Assembly (NCBI GenBank): GCA_965228165.1
Contig: CBDDHB010000002.1
Coordinates: 708,449-772,448, forward strand
DNA length: 64,000 bases
Direction: 5' to 3'
Source: Rhodospirillaceae bacterium
GTDB lineage: Bacteria; Pseudomonadota; Alphaproteobacteria; Rhodospirillales; Rhodospirillaceae
The position numbers were made by a program, and so were the translations under genes. Positions 21,230 to 45,214 of this stretch are shown one piece after another (the first letter of the stretch is position 1; the number at the start of each line of letters is the position of its first letter). The notes beneath the pieces are model-generated. The model did not search any database. It was not told where the DNA came from and saw nothing but the letters and a program-made list of their open reading frames with translations.

Positions 21230-21901
21230 TTAGCGCTGCTCTTGCGCGCGCTTGTCCTGGGCCATCGGATCGTGGGCCATGATCTCGCCCTTGAAGATCC
21301 AGACCTTGACGCCGCAGGTGCCGTAGGTGGTGAACGCGGTGCCGACGCCGTAATCGACGTCGCCGCGCAAGGTGTGCAACGGCACCCGGCCCTCGCGATA
21401 CCATTCGGTGCGCGCGATTTCCGCGCCGCCCAGACGGCCGGCGCAGTTGATCCGGATGCCCTGAGCGCCCAGACGCATCGCCGACTGCACCGCGCGCTTC
21501 ATCGCGCGACGGAAGGCGACGCGGCGTTCCAGCTGCTGCGCGATACTTTCCGCGACCAGCTGGGCGTCGAGTTCGGGCTTGCGGATTTCAACGATGTTCA
21601 GATGAACCTCGTTGCCCACCTTCTTCGAGAGTTCCTTCCTGAGGGTCTCGATGTCGGCGCCCTTGCGGCCGATGATGATGCCCGGGCGCGCCGAATGAAT
21701 GGTGATCCGCGCCTTCTTCGCCGGACGCTCGATGACGATTCGCGACACCCCGGCCTGGTTCAGGCGCTTCTTCAGGTGCTTGCGGATCGACAGATCCTCG
21801 AGCAGCAGGTCGGCGTAGTCGTCGCCGTCGGCGTACCAGCGGGAATCCCAGGTCCGGTTGATGCCGACGCGCAGGCCGATCGGATTTACTTTGTGTCCCA
21901 T
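21230..21901 (-). CDS. rpsC: 30S ribosomal protein S3
   Basis: [24 protein letters not shown]. Confidence 0.98.
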   Translation of the reverse strand: MGHKVNPIGLRVGINRTWDSRWYADGDDYADLLLEDLSIRKHLKKRLNQAGVSRIVIERPAKKARITIHSARPGIIIGRKGADIETLRKELSKKVGNEVHLNIVEIRKPELDAQLVAESIAQQLERRVAFRRAMKRAVQSAMRLGAQGIRINCAGRLGGAEIARTEWYREGRVPLHTLRGDVDYGVGTAFTTYGTCGVKVWIFKGEIMAHDPMAQDKRAQEQR

Positions 21902-22281
21902 CAGACGGTCTCCTCGCGCTCAGTCACGATAATGGTCAGGTTCGAGAAGAGCTTCTCGACGCGACCGGCACGGCCACGCGCACGAGCGTGGAAGCGCTTC
22001 ATCGTGATCGACTTGCCGACGAAGGCCTCCGACACGACCAGAGCATCGACGTCGAGCTGGTGGTTGTTTTCGGCGTTCGCGATCGCGGACTGGAGGCACT
22101 TCTTGACCTCTTCCGCAACGCGGCGCTTGGAGAACGTCAGTTCCGCCAAGGCGGATTCGGCGCTCTTGCCCCGGATGGACTGGGCCACCAGGTTGAGCTT
22201 GCGCGGGCTGGTGCGGATAACGTGGCTGTAAGCCTTCGCCGCGTTATCCGGCAGGTCGCGCTTGGCCGGCTGCTTGCCCAT
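21901..22281 (-). CDS. rplV: 50S ribosomal protein L22
   Basis: [21 protein letters not shown]. Confidence 0.98.
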   Translation of the reverse strand: MGKQPAKRDLPDNAAKAYSHVIRTSPRKLNLVAQSIRGKSAESALAELTFSKRRVAEEVKKCLQSAIANAENNHQLDVDALVVSEAFVGKSITMKRFHARARGRAGRVEKLFSNLTIIVTEREETV

Positions 22282-22283
22282 CG

Positions 22284-22562
22284 TTACTTCCTCTTCGCCT
22301 TCTTGTCGGCGGTGTGCCCGTAATAGGTACGGGTCGGAGCGAACTCGCCGAACTTATGACCGATCATTTCCTCGGTGACCAGCACCGGGATGAACTTCTG
22401 CCCGTTGTGAACCCCGAACGTGAGGCTGACAAACTGCGGCATGATCGTCGAACGGCGCGACCACGTCTTGATCACCTCATTGCGGCCGGAAGCGCGAGCG
22501 GTTTCCGCCTTCTTCAGGAGGTATCCGTCCACAAACGGACCTTTCCATACGGAACGAGCCAC
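22284..22562 (-). CDS. rpsS: 30S ribosomal protein S19
   Basis: [21 protein letters not shown]. Confidence 0.98.
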   Translation of the reverse strand: MARSVWKGPFVDGYLLKKAETARASGRNEVIKTWSRRSTIMPQFVSLTFGVHNGQKFIPVLVTEEMIGHKFGEFAPTRTYYGHTADKKAKRK

Positions 22563-22574
22563 AGTCGTTCTCCC

Positions 22575-23402
22575 TTACTTCTTCTTGGCCAAATGACGGC
22601 TGCGCATAATCAGCCGATCGGTTTTCTTGTTCGCGCGGGTGCGCTTGCCCTTGCACGGCTGACCCCACGGCGTCACCGGATGCGCACCGCCGTTGGTGCG
22701 GCCACCCAGCGGGTGATCGACCGGGTTCATACAAATGCCGCGCACGTGCGGACGACGTCCCAGCCAGCGATTGCGGCCCGCCTTGCCCAGGTTGATGTTC
22801 TGGTTGTCCGGGTTGGACACCGCACCCACCGTGGCGAAGCATTCGCCGCGCACCAGACGGAGTTCGCCGCTGCTCAACCGCAGCTGCGCGTATCCGCCGT
22901 CCTTGCCGATCAGCTGGGCGTAGCAGCCCGCCGAACGCGCCATCTGCCCGCCGCGGCCGAGCTTCATCTCGACGTTGTGAACGATGGTGCCCACCGGCAT
23001 GTTCTTCATCGGCATCGCGTTGCCGGGCTTGATGTCGGCCCGCTCGCTCGCCACCACCACATCGCCGACCGCCAAACGCTGCGGCGCCAGGATGTAGGAG
23101 ACCTCGCCGTCCTCATAGCGGATGAACGCGATGAAGGCGGTGCGGTTGGGGTCGTACTCCAGCCGCTCGACGGTCGCGGGAATATCCAGCTTCCGGCGCT
23201 TGAAGTCAACCATGCGATACTTGCGCTTGTGACCGCCGCCACGCCACCACACGGTGATGCGGCCGGTGTTGTTGCGCCCGCCCGAGCTGGACAACCCCTC
23301 GGTCAGGGTCTTTTCCGGCTTGCCCTTGTACAGTTCGGCGCGATCCACCAGGATCAGCGCGCGGGTACCCGGCGTGGTCGGATTGAACGATTTCAATGCC
23401 AT
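22575..23402 (-). CDS. rplB: 50S ribosomal protein L2
   Basis: [24 protein letters not shown]. Confidence 0.98.
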   Translation of the reverse strand: MALKSFNPTTPGTRALILVDRAELYKGKPEKTLTEGLSSSGGRNNTGRITVWWRGGGHKRKYRMVDFKRRKLDIPATVERLEYDPNRTAFIAFIRYEDGEVSYILAPQRLAVGDVVVASERADIKPGNAMPMKNMPVGTIVHNVEMKLGRGGQMARSAGCYAQLIGKDGGYAQLRLSSGELRLVRGECFATVGAVSNPDNQNINLGKAGRNRWLGRRPHVRGICMNPVDHPLGGRTNGGAHPVTPWGQPCKGKRTRANKKTDRLIMRSRHLAKKK

Positions 23403-23406
23403 CGTC

Positions 23407-23718
23407 TTACACCCCCGTCGCGACGTCGATGGTCTGGCCTTCGGCCAGGGTGACGTACGCCTTCTTCACGTCGCTGCGCTGCCCGGGACGACCCTTGAAG
23501 CGCTTCAGCTTGCCCTTCTGGCGGAGCGTGTTCACCGCCGTCACCTTCACCCCGAAGATGCCTTCGACGGCAGCCGCGACTTCCAGCTTCGTCGCATCCA
23601 GCGGAACCCGGAAGGTCACCTGGCCGTGTTCGGACCCGAGCGTCGCCTTTTCGGTGATCACCGGGGCACGCACGATGTCGTACATGCGCTCCTTGGAAAT
23701 CTTGATCGCCTTGGTCAT
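23407..23718 (-). CDS. rplW: 50S ribosomal protein L23
   Basis: PVITEKA, VTAVNT, KKAYVTL. Confidence 0.96.
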   Translation of the reverse strand: MTKAIKISKERMYDIVRAPVITEKATLGSEHGQVTFRVPLDATKLEVAAAVEGIFGVKVTAVNTLRQKGKLKRFKGRPGQRSDVKKAYVTLAEGQTIDVATGV

Positions 23719-24335
23719 TTCAGACGCGCCTCCAGGTGCTCCACGGCGGCCTTGGTCAGGACCAGGGTGTCGCGGCGGAGAATGTCGTAAACGTTGGCGC
23801 CCTGCTGCGGCAGCACATCGATGCCGATGACGTTGCGCGAGGCGAGCGCCAGATTGACGTCGACCTCCGGCCCGTCGATGATCAGCGCCGAGGCCCAACC
23901 CAGGGACTTCAGCTTCTCGGTGAAGTCCTTGGTCTTGGCCGAACCGAACTTGGCGTCGTCCAGAACCACCAGCTTGCCCTCGGCGACCTTGGCCGACAGC
24001 GCGGTCTTCAGACCCAGCTTGCGGAACTTCTTGGTCAGGTCGTGGGCGTGGTCGCGCACCACCGGGCCGAAAATCGTCGCGCCGCCGCGGAACTGCGGGC
24101 TGCGCAGCGAACCCTGACGGGCATGACCCGTGCCCTTCTGCTTGTAGGGCTTCTTGGTGGTGCCGGAAATGTCGCCGATTTCCTTGGTCTTGTGAGTCCC
24201 GGCGCGACGCTTCGCCAGCTGCCAGTTGACCATGCGGTGCAGAATATCCGGCCGCACGGCGACACCAAACACGCTCTCGGCGAGTTCGATGGAACCGACG
24301 CTTTTCGCGTCGAAATTGATCACATCCCGCTTCAT
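23715..24335 (-). CDS. rplD: 50S ribosomal protein L4
   Basis: [25 protein letters not shown]. Confidence 0.98.
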   Translation of the reverse strand: MKRDVINFDAKSVGSIELAESVFGVAVRPDILHRMVNWQLAKRRAGTHKTKEIGDISGTTKKPYKQKGTGHARQGSLRSPQFRGGATIFGPVVRDHAHDLTKKFRKLGLKTALSAKVAEGKLVVLDDAKFGSAKTKDFTEKLKSLGWASALIIDGPEVDVNLALASRNVIGIDVLPQQGANVYDILRRDTLVLTKAAVEHLEARLK

Positions 24336-24341
24336 CGCCGC

Positions 24342-25046
24342 TTATTCCTTGCTCTGTTCGGCGGCAGCCTGCTGCGCCTTGACCGCGCCCGGGAAGGGAA
24401 CGCCCTCGGGCAGCTTGCGCTTCACCGCGTCGGAGACCAGAACCCAGCCGCCCTCGGAACCCGGAACCGCGCCCTTGACCAGAATCAGGCCGCGATCGCA
24501 GTCGGTGGAGACCACCTGAAGGTTCTGCTGGGTGGCGCGAACGTCGCCCATGTGACCGGCCATCTTCTTGCCCTTGAACACCTTGCCCGGGTCCTGGCAC
24601 TGACCGGTGGAGCCGTGCGAGCGGTGCGACACCGACACGCCGTGGGAGGCTTCGAGGCCACGGAAGTTGTGACGCTTCATGCCGCCGGCGAAGCCCTTGC
24701 CGATGGTGGTGCCGGCGACGTCAACGTACTGCCCGGGGATGAAGTGTTCCACCGACAGCTCGACGCCGACGTCCAGCAGGCAGTCCTCGGAGACGACGAA
24801 TTCCGCCACCTTCTTGCGGGGTTCGACCTTGGCCGCCGCGAAGTGTCCGCGCATCGCCTTCGACACGTTCTTCACCTTCGCCACGCCGACGCCAAGCTGC
24901 ACCGCGGTATAGCCGTGGGTATCGACCTTACGCGTCGCCACCACGTGGCAGCCATCCACCTTCAGAACGGTGACCGGCACATGCCGTCCGTCCTCGGTGA
25001 ACACGCGGGTCATGCCCATCTTCTGCGCAATCAGACCGGATCGCAT
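24342..25046 (-). CDS. rplC: 50S ribosomal protein L3
   Basis: [23 protein letters not shown]. Confidence 0.98.
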   Translation of the reverse strand: MRSGLIAQKMGMTRVFTEDGRHVPVTVLKVDGCHVVATRKVDTHGYTAVQLGVGVAKVKNVSKAMRGHFAAAKVEPRKKVAEFVVSEDCLLDVGVELSVEHFIPGQYVDVAGTTIGKGFAGGMKRHNFRGLEASHGVSVSHRSHGSTGQCQDPGKVFKGKKMAGHMGDVRATQQNLQVVSTDCDRGLILVKGAVPGSEGGWVLVSDAVKRKLPEGVPFPGAVKAQQAAAEQSKE

Positions 25047-25059
25047 GATTCCCGTTCCT

Positions 25060-25371
25060 TCAGAGCTTGATCTCGACATCGACGCCGGCCGCGAGGTCGA
25101 GCTTCATCAGCGCGTCCACGGTCTGCGGAGTCGGATCGACGATATCCAACAGGCGCTTGTGAGTCCGAATCTCGAACTGTTCGCGCGACTTCTTGTCGAT
25201 GTGCGGGGAGCGGTTCACGGTGAACTTCTCGACCCGCGTCGGCAGCGGGATCGGACCCCGCACCTGGGCACCCGTGCGCTTGGCGGTATTGACGATCTCG
25301 CGCGTGGACTGGTCCAGCACGCGATGATCGAACGCCTTCAAGCGAATGCGGATGTTCTGACCTTCCATCAT
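25060..25371 (-). CDS. rpsJ: 30S ribosomal protein S10
   Basis: [34 protein letters not shown]. Confidence 0.98.
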   Translation of the reverse strand: MMEGQNIRIRLKAFDHRVLDQSTREIVNTAKRTGAQVRGPIPLPTRVEKFTVNRSPHIDKKSREQFEIRTHKRLLDIVDPTPQTVDALMKLDLAAGVDVEIKL

Positions 25372-25449
25372 GGCTTTCACACCGTTTTTTCGATGGGCGT
25401 CCGTGGCGCGAGGATCACCCCCGTCCCGGACGCCCAACCGTTTCCATCC

Positions 25450-26640
<1,191 letters not shown>

Positions 26641-26670
26641 CTTTTCTGCTCCGTCAAATCGAATGAGTTA

Positions 26671-28749
<2,079 letters not shown>

Positions 28750-28779
28750 TGTCGTCGATCCTGGTCGTATGTCTCGGGG

Positions 28780-29250
28780 TTACCAGCGGTAGTGCGAAAA
28801 CGCCTTGTTGGCGTCGGCCATGCGGTGCGTGTCTTCCCGCTTCTTGACCGCGCCGCCACGGTTGTTGGCGGCGTCCAACAGCTCGCCGGACAGACGATCG
28901 ACCATCGTCGTCTCGGAGCGCTTGCGGGCGAATTCGATCAGCCAGCGGATGGCGAGCGCCTGACGGCGATCGGTCCGAACTTCCACCGGAACCTGATAGG
29001 TCGCGCCGCCGACGCGGCGAGACCGCACCTCGATCGCCGGCTTCACGTTGGTCAGCGCCTCGTGAAACACCTTCACGGGATCGCCGCCGACCTTCGCGGA
29101 AATACGATCGAGCGCGCCATAAACGATCTGCTCGGCGGTGGCCTTCTTGCCATCCTTCATGACGCTATTGATGAACTTAGCCAAAACGAGGTCACCAAAC
29201 TTGGCGTCCGGCAGTACTTCGCGCTTCTCGGCAGCATGACGACGAGACAT
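28780..29250 (-). CDS. rpsG: 30S ribosomal protein S7
   Basis: [22 protein letters not shown]. Confidence 0.98.
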   Translation of the reverse strand: MSRRHAAEKREVLPDAKFGDLVLAKFINSVMKDGKKATAEQIVYGALDRISAKVGGDPVKVFHEALTNVKPAIEVRSRRVGGATYQVPVEVRTDRRQALAIRWLIEFARKRSETTMVDRLSGELLDAANNRGGAVKKREDTHRMADANKAFSHYRW

Positions 29251-29272
29251 CTTCCTTGGACCTCTATATCTA

Positions 29273-29644
29273 TTACTTCGGACGCTTCGCGCCGTACTTC
29301 GAACGACGCTGCTTGCGATCCTTCACACCCTGGGTATCCAGCGTGCCGCGGATGATGTGGTAACGCACACCCGGCAAGTCCTTCACGCGACCGCCACGGA
29401 TCATCACCACGGAGTGTTCCTGGAGGTTGTGACCTTCACCCGGGATGTAGGTCGTCACCTCGAAACCATTGGTCAGACGCACACGCGCCACCTTGCGAAG
29501 CGCCGAGTTCGGCTTCTTCGGGGTGGTGGTGTACACGCGGGTGCAAACCCCGCGCTTCTGCGGGCAAGCCTGGAGCGCCGGAACCTTGTTGCGGTTCAGC
29601 TGCGGTTCCCGCGGCTTGCGGATCAACTGGTTGATCGTCGGCAT
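29273..29644 (-). CDS. rpsL: 30S ribosomal protein S12
   Basis: [24 protein letters not shown]. Confidence 0.99.
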   Translation of the reverse strand: MPTINQLIRKPREPQLNRNKVPALQACPQKRGVCTRVYTTTPKKPNSALRKVARVRLTNGFEVTTYIPGEGHNLQEHSVVMIRGGRVKDLPGVRYHIIRGTLDTQGVKDRKQRRSKYGAKRPK

Positions 29645-29896
29645 TGAGTGTTCCCTATGCTCATTCACTCGAAACGCGCACCCGGCCTTTCCCCGACTCG
29701 CGGACTTGCGAACCAGAGAACAAACCCCCCCCCTTCACCGCCATCCGAAGGGAGCGCTGAAAGGGAAGACTTGTGACCGAAACGGCCGATTTCCATCAAC
29801 AATCTTCGGGTTCCGGGTGCCGGGCGCGGGCGGCTTTCCAGGAGAACCTGAGAGTTCCGCGCGCCCCGCTGTCGGGACCGTCCGAATGAGGCGCGC

Positions 29897-29925
29897 ACTA
29901 TACGTAATGGGTGCCCCCCCGTCAA
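29897..29925 (-). promoter_or_regulatory. Sigma70 promoter of the str operon
   Basis: Minus strand TTGACG-N17-TATAGT; the spacer begins inside a G7 run. Confidence 0.8.
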
Positions 29926-29971
29926 CCGGATAATCGGCGGCTTTTCCGCCCCCGGAAAACCGCCGAAACGA

Positions 29972-30000
29972 CAACGCCGCCGGGGGTTCCGGCGGCGTTG
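29972..30000 (-). terminator. Hairpin terminator after rpoC
   Basis: CAACGCCGCCGG-GGGTT-CCGGCGGCGTTG, a 12-bp stem. Confidence 0.7.
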
Positions 30001-30021
30001 CGAAAGCGATCGGAGGTCCGC

Positions 30022-34224
<4,203 letters not shown>

Positions 34225-34292
34225 TTAAACCTTGAAAGAGGAACGACGCCCCGGGCGACGCATCGCCGCCCGGGACGAAAAGCCGGAGAGTC

Positions 34293-38474
<4,182 letters not shown>

Positions 38475-38595
38475 CGCCGCTCCTTATGCACGTCACCAAA
38501 TCTGTTACCGGACCGCACCATGCGCCCCGGCATCGTCGCGTCGGCGGACCCCCGAAGGGGCCGCGCCGGTGATTCCCCGCCCCCGCATCGGGGGT

Positions 38596-38646
38596 CGCTT
38601 TCTGTCAAGGGGTCCGGCCCGGCGCCGGGCCACTTGACAGGAAGCG
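38596..38646 (-). terminator. Long hairpin between rplL and rpoB (attenuator/terminator-like)
   Basis: CGCTTTCTGTCAAG...CTTGACAGGAAGCG inverted repeat with an inner GGCCCGG/CCGGGCC stem. Confidence 0.55.
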
Positions 38647-38724
38647 CAGACGGGCCGCCCCGCACGCGCGCCATAAACGCGGTGCAGGACGACCCAGATT
38701 CCGCAAGTCAGACGCACGCGCGTC

Positions 38725-39102
38725 TTACTTCAGTTCCACCGTCGCGCCGGCTTCTTCCAGCTGCTTCTTCAGGGCGGCGGTCTCATCCTTGGAGCAGCCT
38801 TCCTTCACAACCTTCGGAGCGCCTTCGACCAGATCCTTGGCTTCCTTCAGGCCAAGGCCGGTGATCGCGCGGACTTCCTTGATCACGTTGATCTTCTTCT
38901 CGCCGGCGACGGCAAGAACCACGTCGAATTCGGTCTGCTCTTCCGCCGGAGCGGCGGCGGCGGCCGGACCGGCAGCGGCGGCGACGGCCACCGGAGCGGC
39001 GGCGGACACGCCCCACTTGTCTTCCAGCATCTTCGAAAGCTCGGCGGCTTCCATCACGGTCAGGGCGGACAGCTCTTCGACCAGCTTACCCAAATCGGCC
39101 AT
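38725..39102 (-). CDS. rplL: 50S ribosomal protein L7/L12
   Basis: [29 protein letters not shown]. Confidence 0.98.
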   Translation of the reverse strand: MADLGKLVEELSALTVMEAAELSKMLEDKWGVSAAAPVAVAAAAGPAAAAAPAEEQTEFDVVLAVAGEKKINVIKEVRAITGLGLKEAKDLVEGAPKVVKEGCSKDETAALKKQLEEAGATVELK

Positions 39103-39155
39103 TCTAGTAACTCCTTGTCAGGCTTGAACTTTTTGATACTCGTTGAAAAACCGCT

Positions 39156-39674
39156 TTACGCTGCGGCGCCCTGATCGGCATAGGCCTTGAAGACACGCGC
39201 CAACTGGCCGGCCGGGGCCTGCGCCACGCCCGCCACCTTGGTGGCCGGAGCCTGGAGAAGACCCAGAAGCTTGCCGCGCAGTTCGTCGAGGGACGGCATG
39301 GTGGCCAGGGCCTTGACCCCGTTCGCATCCAGAACCGTCTTGCCGAGCGAACCGCCGACAATCACCAGTTTCTCGTTCTTCTTGGCGAACTCGACGACGG
39401 CCTTCGCGGCGGCGACGGGATCGACGGAAGTCGCGATCGCCGTCGGCCCGGTGAAGAAATCACCGGCGCCTTCGAATTCGGTGCCCGCCAGGGCGAGACG
39501 CGTAAGCCGATTCTTCGTCACCTTGAAGTGCGCGCCGGCAGCCCGCATCTGTCCACGCAGGGTCGTCATTTCCTCGACCGTCAGCCCCTTGTACTGGGTG
39601 ACGACGACGAGGCTGACCTCGCTGAACAGAGCGTTCAGGGAACGCACCAGTTCGGATTTTTCCTCTCGGTTCAC
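39156..39674 (-). CDS. rplJ: 50S ribosomal protein L10
   Basis: GTG start [27 protein letters not shown]. Confidence 0.96.
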   Translation of the reverse strand: MNREEKSELVRSLNALFSEVSLVVVTQYKGLTVEEMTTLRGQMRAAGAHFKVTKNRLTRLALAGTEFEGAGDFFTGPTAIATSVDPVAAAKAVVEFAKKNEKLVIVGGSLGKTVLDANGVKALATMPSLDELRGKLLGLLQAPATKVAGVAQAPAGQLARVFKAYADQGAAA

Positions 39675-39847
39675 TTTCGTCTCCGTATGTTGACCCGGTT
39701 CCGCCTCGTCGCGGACGCGGCCCCGGATCGGCTTCCCCGCGATCGCGCCCGGAAACCCGGACGCCCCCACGGGGAACGACGAACCTGCCCTCGAAAGTTC
39801 AAGCCTTGCCGGACGCGGAAAACCCGCCCCGGTAGAAACTTGTCACT

Positions 39848-39912
39848 CCCGTCTGCGCAGGTGGCACGCCATTAAACCGACCGGATCGTCGGCGCCTGCG
39901 GTCTCGGACAGG
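39848..39912 (-). promoter_or_regulatory. L10 leader (L10/L12 autoregulatory RNA)
   Basis: Minus strand GAGACCGCAGG...TTTAAT...CCTGCGCAGACGG upstream of rplJ matches the L10 leader pattern as recalled. Confidence 0.75.
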
Positions 39913-39994
39913 TACTTAAAAGGGCCCCGGAAAACCGGCTCCCTTTCGCCGGACCGCGCGGGGAACCCCCGCGCCGCCCGGAATTCCTTCAGGG

Positions 39995-40690
<696 letters not shown>

Positions 40691-40694
40691 GAAC

Positions 40695-41123
40695 TTACTC
40701 CACCACCTGAAGGCCCATGGAACGGGCGGAACCGCGGACCATTTCCATGGCCGCCTCGACGGTGTGGCAGTTCAGGTCGGGCATCTTCGCGCTGGCGATT
40801 TCGCGGACCTGCGCTTCCGTCACCTTGCCGGCGATCGCCGTGCCCGGGGTCTGGCTGCACTTCGTCACCCCCGCCGCCTTCTTCAGGAAGAAGCTGATCG
40901 GCGGCAGCTTGGTGATGAAGGTGAAGGTACGGTCGGAAAACGCGGTGATCACCACCGGAATCGGCATCCCGACTTCCATGTTCTGGGTCTGCGCGTTGAA
41001 CGCCTTGCAGAACTCCATGATGTTCAGGCCGCGCTGACCCAGCGCCGGGCCAATCGGCGGCGACGGATTCGCCTTGCCCGCCGGCACCTGGAGCTTGATG
41101 AAGCCCACGATTTTCTTAGCCAT
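40695..41123 (-). CDS. rplK: 50S ribosomal protein L11
   Basis: [19 protein letters not shown]. Confidence 0.98.
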   Translation of the reverse strand: MAKKIVGFIKLQVPAGKANPSPPIGPALGQRGLNIMEFCKAFNAQTQNMEVGMPIPVVITAFSDRTFTFITKLPPISFFLKKAAGVTKCSQTPGTAIAGKVTEAQVREIASAKMPDLNCHTVEAAMEMVRGSARSMGLQVVE

Positions 41124-41175
41124 TTCTCTCACTCTCTAAGGGCGACCGGGCCATCCCGGAACGCCATTGACAGGA

Positions 41176-41209
41176 CTGCGGTTCGACTTTGGCTTATCGT
41201 CTCCCGCAG
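41176..41209 (-). promoter_or_regulatory. Probable L1-binding leader upstream of rplK
   Basis: Minus strand CTGCGGGAG...GAACCGCAG stem with a GGGAG/GAAC internal loop, resembling L1 autoregulatory sites. Confidence 0.55.
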
Positions 41210-41241
41210 GTTTTGCCGCCCCGGAACCCCGGAGCGGGAAC

Positions 41242-41775
41242 TCAACCCACCTTTTCGACCTGGGCGTATTCCAGCTCCACCGGGGTCGAACGCCCGAAGA
41301 TCGACACCGCCACCTTGATGCGGCTCTTTTCCTCGTCGACTTCCTCGACCACGCCGTTGAAGCTGGTGAACGGCCCGTCGCAAACCCGGACCTGTTCGCC
41401 GATTTCGAACACCACCGAGGGCTTCGGACGGTCCACGCCCTCCTGCACCTGGGTCATGATCCGCTGCGCCTCGGCCTCGGTGATCGGCACCGGCCGCCCG
41501 CACCCGCCGAGGAAATCGGTGACCTTGGCGGTATTCTTCACCAGATGCCAGCTCTCGTCGGTCAACACCATCTTGACCAGGACGTAGCCGGGGAAAAACT
41601 TGCGCTCCGCGTTGACCTTGGAGCCACGGCGGATTTCCACCACTTCCTCGGTCGGCACCAGGATCTCTTCGAACAGGTCGGCCATGCCCTTCTGCGTCGC
41701 CTGTTCGCGGATCGACTGCGCGACCTTTTTCTCGAATCCGGAATAGACGTGGACGACGTACCAGCGCGCCTGCAT
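41242..41775 (-). CDS. nusG: Transcription antitermination factor NusG
   Basis: [30 protein letters not shown]. Confidence 0.98.
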   Translation of the reverse strand: MQARWYVVHVYSGFEKKVAQSIREQATQKGMADLFEEILVPTEEVVEIRRGSKVNAERKFFPGYVLVKMVLTDESWHLVKNTAKVTDFLGGCGRPVPITEAEAQRIMTQVQEGVDRPKPSVVFEIGEQVRVCDGPFTSFNGVVEEVDEEKSRIKVAVSIFGRSTPVELEYAQVEKVG

Positions 41776-41978
41776 CAGCCTTGCCCCCCAAGCCCAAGAA
41801 CAGTCTGAATCCCCAGCGAAAACAGCGTATCGACAAGGAACAGGAAAATCGACGCGACCACCGCCATGGACATCACCATGACCGTGGACAGCATCGTTTC
41901 CTTGCGGGTCGGCCAGGCGATCTTCGCCAACTCCTGCCGCACCTGACGGACAAACTGACCGGGAGAGGTCTTAGCCAT
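41775..41978 (-). CDS. secE: Preprotein translocase SecE
   Basis: [12 protein letters not shown] followed by one TM helix. Confidence 0.95.
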   Translation of the reverse strand: MAKTSPGQFVRQVRQELAKIAWPTRKETMLSTVMVMSMAVVASIFLFLVDTLFSLGIQTVLGLGGQG

Positions 41979-42066
41979 GCACCACATCCAAACCTATCTG
42001 CCGCGCTGCGGCGCGGATCGCGCCATCGGCGCAAAGCATTTCGTCTTCAAGGACTTCGTCGCGGAC

Positions 42067-42142
42067 TGGCAGGGGTGGCAGGGATCGAACCCGCAACCCC
42101 CGGTTTTGGAGACCGGTGCTCTACCAGTTGAGCTACACCCCT
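42067..42142 (-). tRNA. trnW: tRNA-Trp (CCA)
   Basis: AGGGGTGTAGCTCAACTGGTAGAGCACCGGTCTCCAAAACCGG...GGTTCGATCCCTGCCACCCCTGCCA; 76 nt with encoded CCA. Confidence 0.98.
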
Positions 42143-42200
42143 AACGTCCGCATGCAACCGAAGCTATCGGGGGGAAACGCCCCCAACACCAAAGGCGCGA

Positions 42201-42230
42201 GAGACTATCCCCCCCGCCTTCGGCAATCAA
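42201..42230 (-). promoter_or_regulatory. Probable sigma70 promoter of tRNA-Trp-secE-nusG
   Basis: Minus strand TTGATT-N17-TAGTCT; the spacer contains a G7 run. Confidence 0.55.
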
Positions 42231-42232
42231 GC

Positions 42233-42264
42233 ACTTTTCCACCGGCTTTCGCCGGTGGAAAAGT
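42233..42264 (-). terminator. Intrinsic terminator after the second tuf
   Basis: ACTTTTCCACCGGC-TTTC-GCCGGTGGAAAAGT, a 14-bp stem. Confidence 0.85.
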
Positions 42265-42280
42265 CTTGAGGTTTTGATCC

Positions 42281-43471
<1,191 letters not shown>

Positions 43472-43605
43472 GACGTGAAATCCAATGTTTCCGGTGTTGT
43501 TGGATAAAGGCGCGAGAAGGAACCACCCGCCCCGCCCGATGTTCTCCGCCGGACGCGCGGCCTTCGCCGCCCATCCGACACCTACCCTTGAAGCGCCTAA
43601 AAACT

Positions 43606-43679
43606 TGGAGCGGGTGAAGGGAATCGAACCCTCACAACCAGCTTGGAAGGCTGGGGCTCTACCATTGAGCTACACCCGC
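43606..43679 (-). tRNA. trnG: tRNA-Gly (TCC)
   Basis: GCGGGTGTAGCTCAATGGTAGAGCCCCAGCCTTCCAAGCTGG...GGTTCGATTCCCTTCACCCGCTCCA. Confidence 0.98.
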
Positions 43680-43773
43680 ACACTTCCCCCGCTCTTGGGT
43701 CCGGCGCCGGAACCTTAACGCCACTCCCACGCACGAGCAAGCGCCCCGGCTTCCCCACCTTGGCGCCGTAGGA

Positions 43774-43859
43774 TGGTGGAGGGGGCAGGATTCGAACCTG
43801 CGTAGACATACGTCGGCAGATTTACAGTCTGCTGCCATTAACCGCTCGGCCACCCCTCC
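43774..43859 (-). tRNA. trnY: tRNA-Tyr (GTA)
   Basis: GGAGGGGTGGCCGAGCGGTTAATGGCAGCAGACTGTAAATCTGC, long variable arm, GGTTCGAATCC...CCACCA. Confidence 0.98.
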
Positions 43860-43928
43860 GCACCCTGCCGCCTTGGCGGGTCGTCCAGGACGCCCCCGGC
43901 CCTCGCGGACCAGTGCGTTGGAGTGCGC

Positions 43929-43957
43929 AAATATGAGCATTTCCCGCCCCATGTCAA
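43929..43957 (-). promoter_or_regulatory. Probable promoter of tRNA-Tyr/Gly-tuf
   Basis: Minus strand TTGACA followed 16-18 nt later by CATATTT. Confidence 0.55.
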
Positions 43958-44069
43958 CATCAAACTCGGCCCCGCCGATTTTCCCGCGCGGGGCTGTCGG
44001 CTTCGTGCTAGAACACCTTTGAAAACGCGGCGGTCGTCGTGACCACCAGCACAGGACCTGGGATATTTC

Positions 44070-44900
44070 ATGACCCGTTCCAAGACCCGGCGCGACGCGC
44101 CGAACCGCACGCAGAGCTCCGGCCGCGCCGCCGACCGCTTCCCGCCGCGCGACCGCAAATCCGCCGCGACGGAGATTTGGCTGCACGGCCTGCACGCGGT
44201 GGGCGCGGCGCTCGCCAATCCCGCCCGCAAGCCGAAGCGCCTGCTGCTCACCGCCGAGGCCGCCGAGGCCCTGGCCGACGCCCTGGCGGAAACCCCGCAC
44301 GCCATCGCCCCCACCCTGGTCGATCGCCGCGACATCGACCCCCTGCTGGGCCCGGGCGCGGTGCACCAGGGCGCCGCCCTGCAATGCGCGCCCCTGCCCG
44401 CCGCCGGGATCGAGGACATTCCCAACGTCCCCGCCGACGGCGCGCCGCCGCCCGCGCGTCGCATCGTCGTCGCCCTGGATCAGGTCAGCGACCCCCACAA
44501 CGTCGGCGCGGTGCTGCGCTCCGCCGCCGCGTTCGGCGCCCTGGCCGTATTGATCCCCGACCGTCACGCGCCGGAGGAAACCGGCACCATCGCCAAGGCG
44601 GCCTGCGGCGCCCTGGAAAGCGTGCCGCTGGTGCGGGTGACCAACTTCGCCCGCGCCCTCGGCGACTTGAAGGCCAAGGGATTCTGGTGCGTCGGCCTGG
44701 ACGGGTCGGCCACCGCCACCCTGGCGGAACAGGACCTGCCCGACGCCCTGGTGCTGGTCCTGGGGGCGGAGGGCGCGGGACTGCGCCGCCTGACCCTGGA
44801 AACCTGCGACTTCACCGCGCGGCTGCCGATCCGCCCCGGCATGGAAAGCCTGAACGTTTCCAACGCCGCGGCGGTGGCGCTCTACGCCCTGCTCGGCTGA
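44070..44900 (+). CDS. rlmB: TrmH/SpoU-family 23S rRNA 2'-O-methyltransferase (RlmB-like)
   Basis: LDQVSDPHNVGAVLRSA, VLGAEGAGLR, ESLNVSNAAA; canonical position next to tRNA-Tyr. Confidence 0.92.
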   Translation: MTRSKTRRDAPNRTQSSGRAADRFPPRDRKSAATEIWLHGLHAVGAALANPARKPKRLLLTAEAAEALADALAETPHAIAPTLVDRRDIDPLLGPGAVHQGAALQCAPLPAAGIEDIPNVPADGAPPPARRIVVALDQVSDPHNVGAVLRSAAAFGALAVLIPDRHAPEETGTIAKAACGALESVPLVRVTNFARALGDLKAKGFWCVGLDGSATATLAEQDLPDALVLVLGAEGAGLRRLTLETCDFTARLPIRPGMESLNVSNAAAVALYALLG

Positions 44901-44910
44901 AGCGCCACCC

Positions 44911-44994
44911 CACGGGAATTGTGGTTATTCCCTTGTTCTGGCACGGGAATATTTCTGGAAAGGAATTGCCCCGCCGGGTTCGCCTCCCTATATC
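44911..44994 (+). promoter_or_regulatory. Promoter plus operator-like repeats upstream of the small ORF
   Basis: GGGAAT-N7-ATTCCC palindrome (44914-44932); CACGGGAAT direct repeat (44911, 44942); TTGCCC-N17-TATATC (44966-44994). Confidence 0.55.
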
Positions 44995-45028
44995 CTACTA
45001 ACAAGGTAGGTTATTAAAGGAGGAGACC

Positions 45029-45193
45029 ATGTGGTATTGCGACCCGTTTGGCGACCTTCAGCACATGGAACCGCGCGAGATCGTGCGTCTCGGCCACCTG
45101 GATTTCAACCAGTGCCGTCTGCGCCAGGGCGAAGCCGGCAAGAAACCCGACCCGACGCGCGGCTCCGCCGCCCATCGCGGCCTGTTCGACTGA
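45029..45193 (+). CDS. Unannotated 54-aa small protein (below ORF-track cutoff)
   Basis: AAAGGAGGAGACC-ATG; MWYCDPFGDLQHMEPREIVRLGHLDFNQCRLRQGEAGKKPDPTRGSAAHRGLFD*. Promoter upstream and terminator downstream. Confidence 0.7.
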   Translation: MWYCDPFGDLQHMEPREIVRLGHLDFNQCRLRQGEAGKKPDPTRGSAAHRGLFD

Positions 45194-45214
45194 GACCAAC
45201 CGCCGAACCAAAAC

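Noticed and set aside
43680-43773. Spacer between tRNA-Gly and tRNA-Tyr as a possible tRNA remnant
   Set aside because: No cloverleaf or TTCGA loop was found.
44939-44956. TGGCACG, a perfect sigma54 -24 element upstream of the small ORF
   Set aside because: The -12 position reads TATT, without the required GC.
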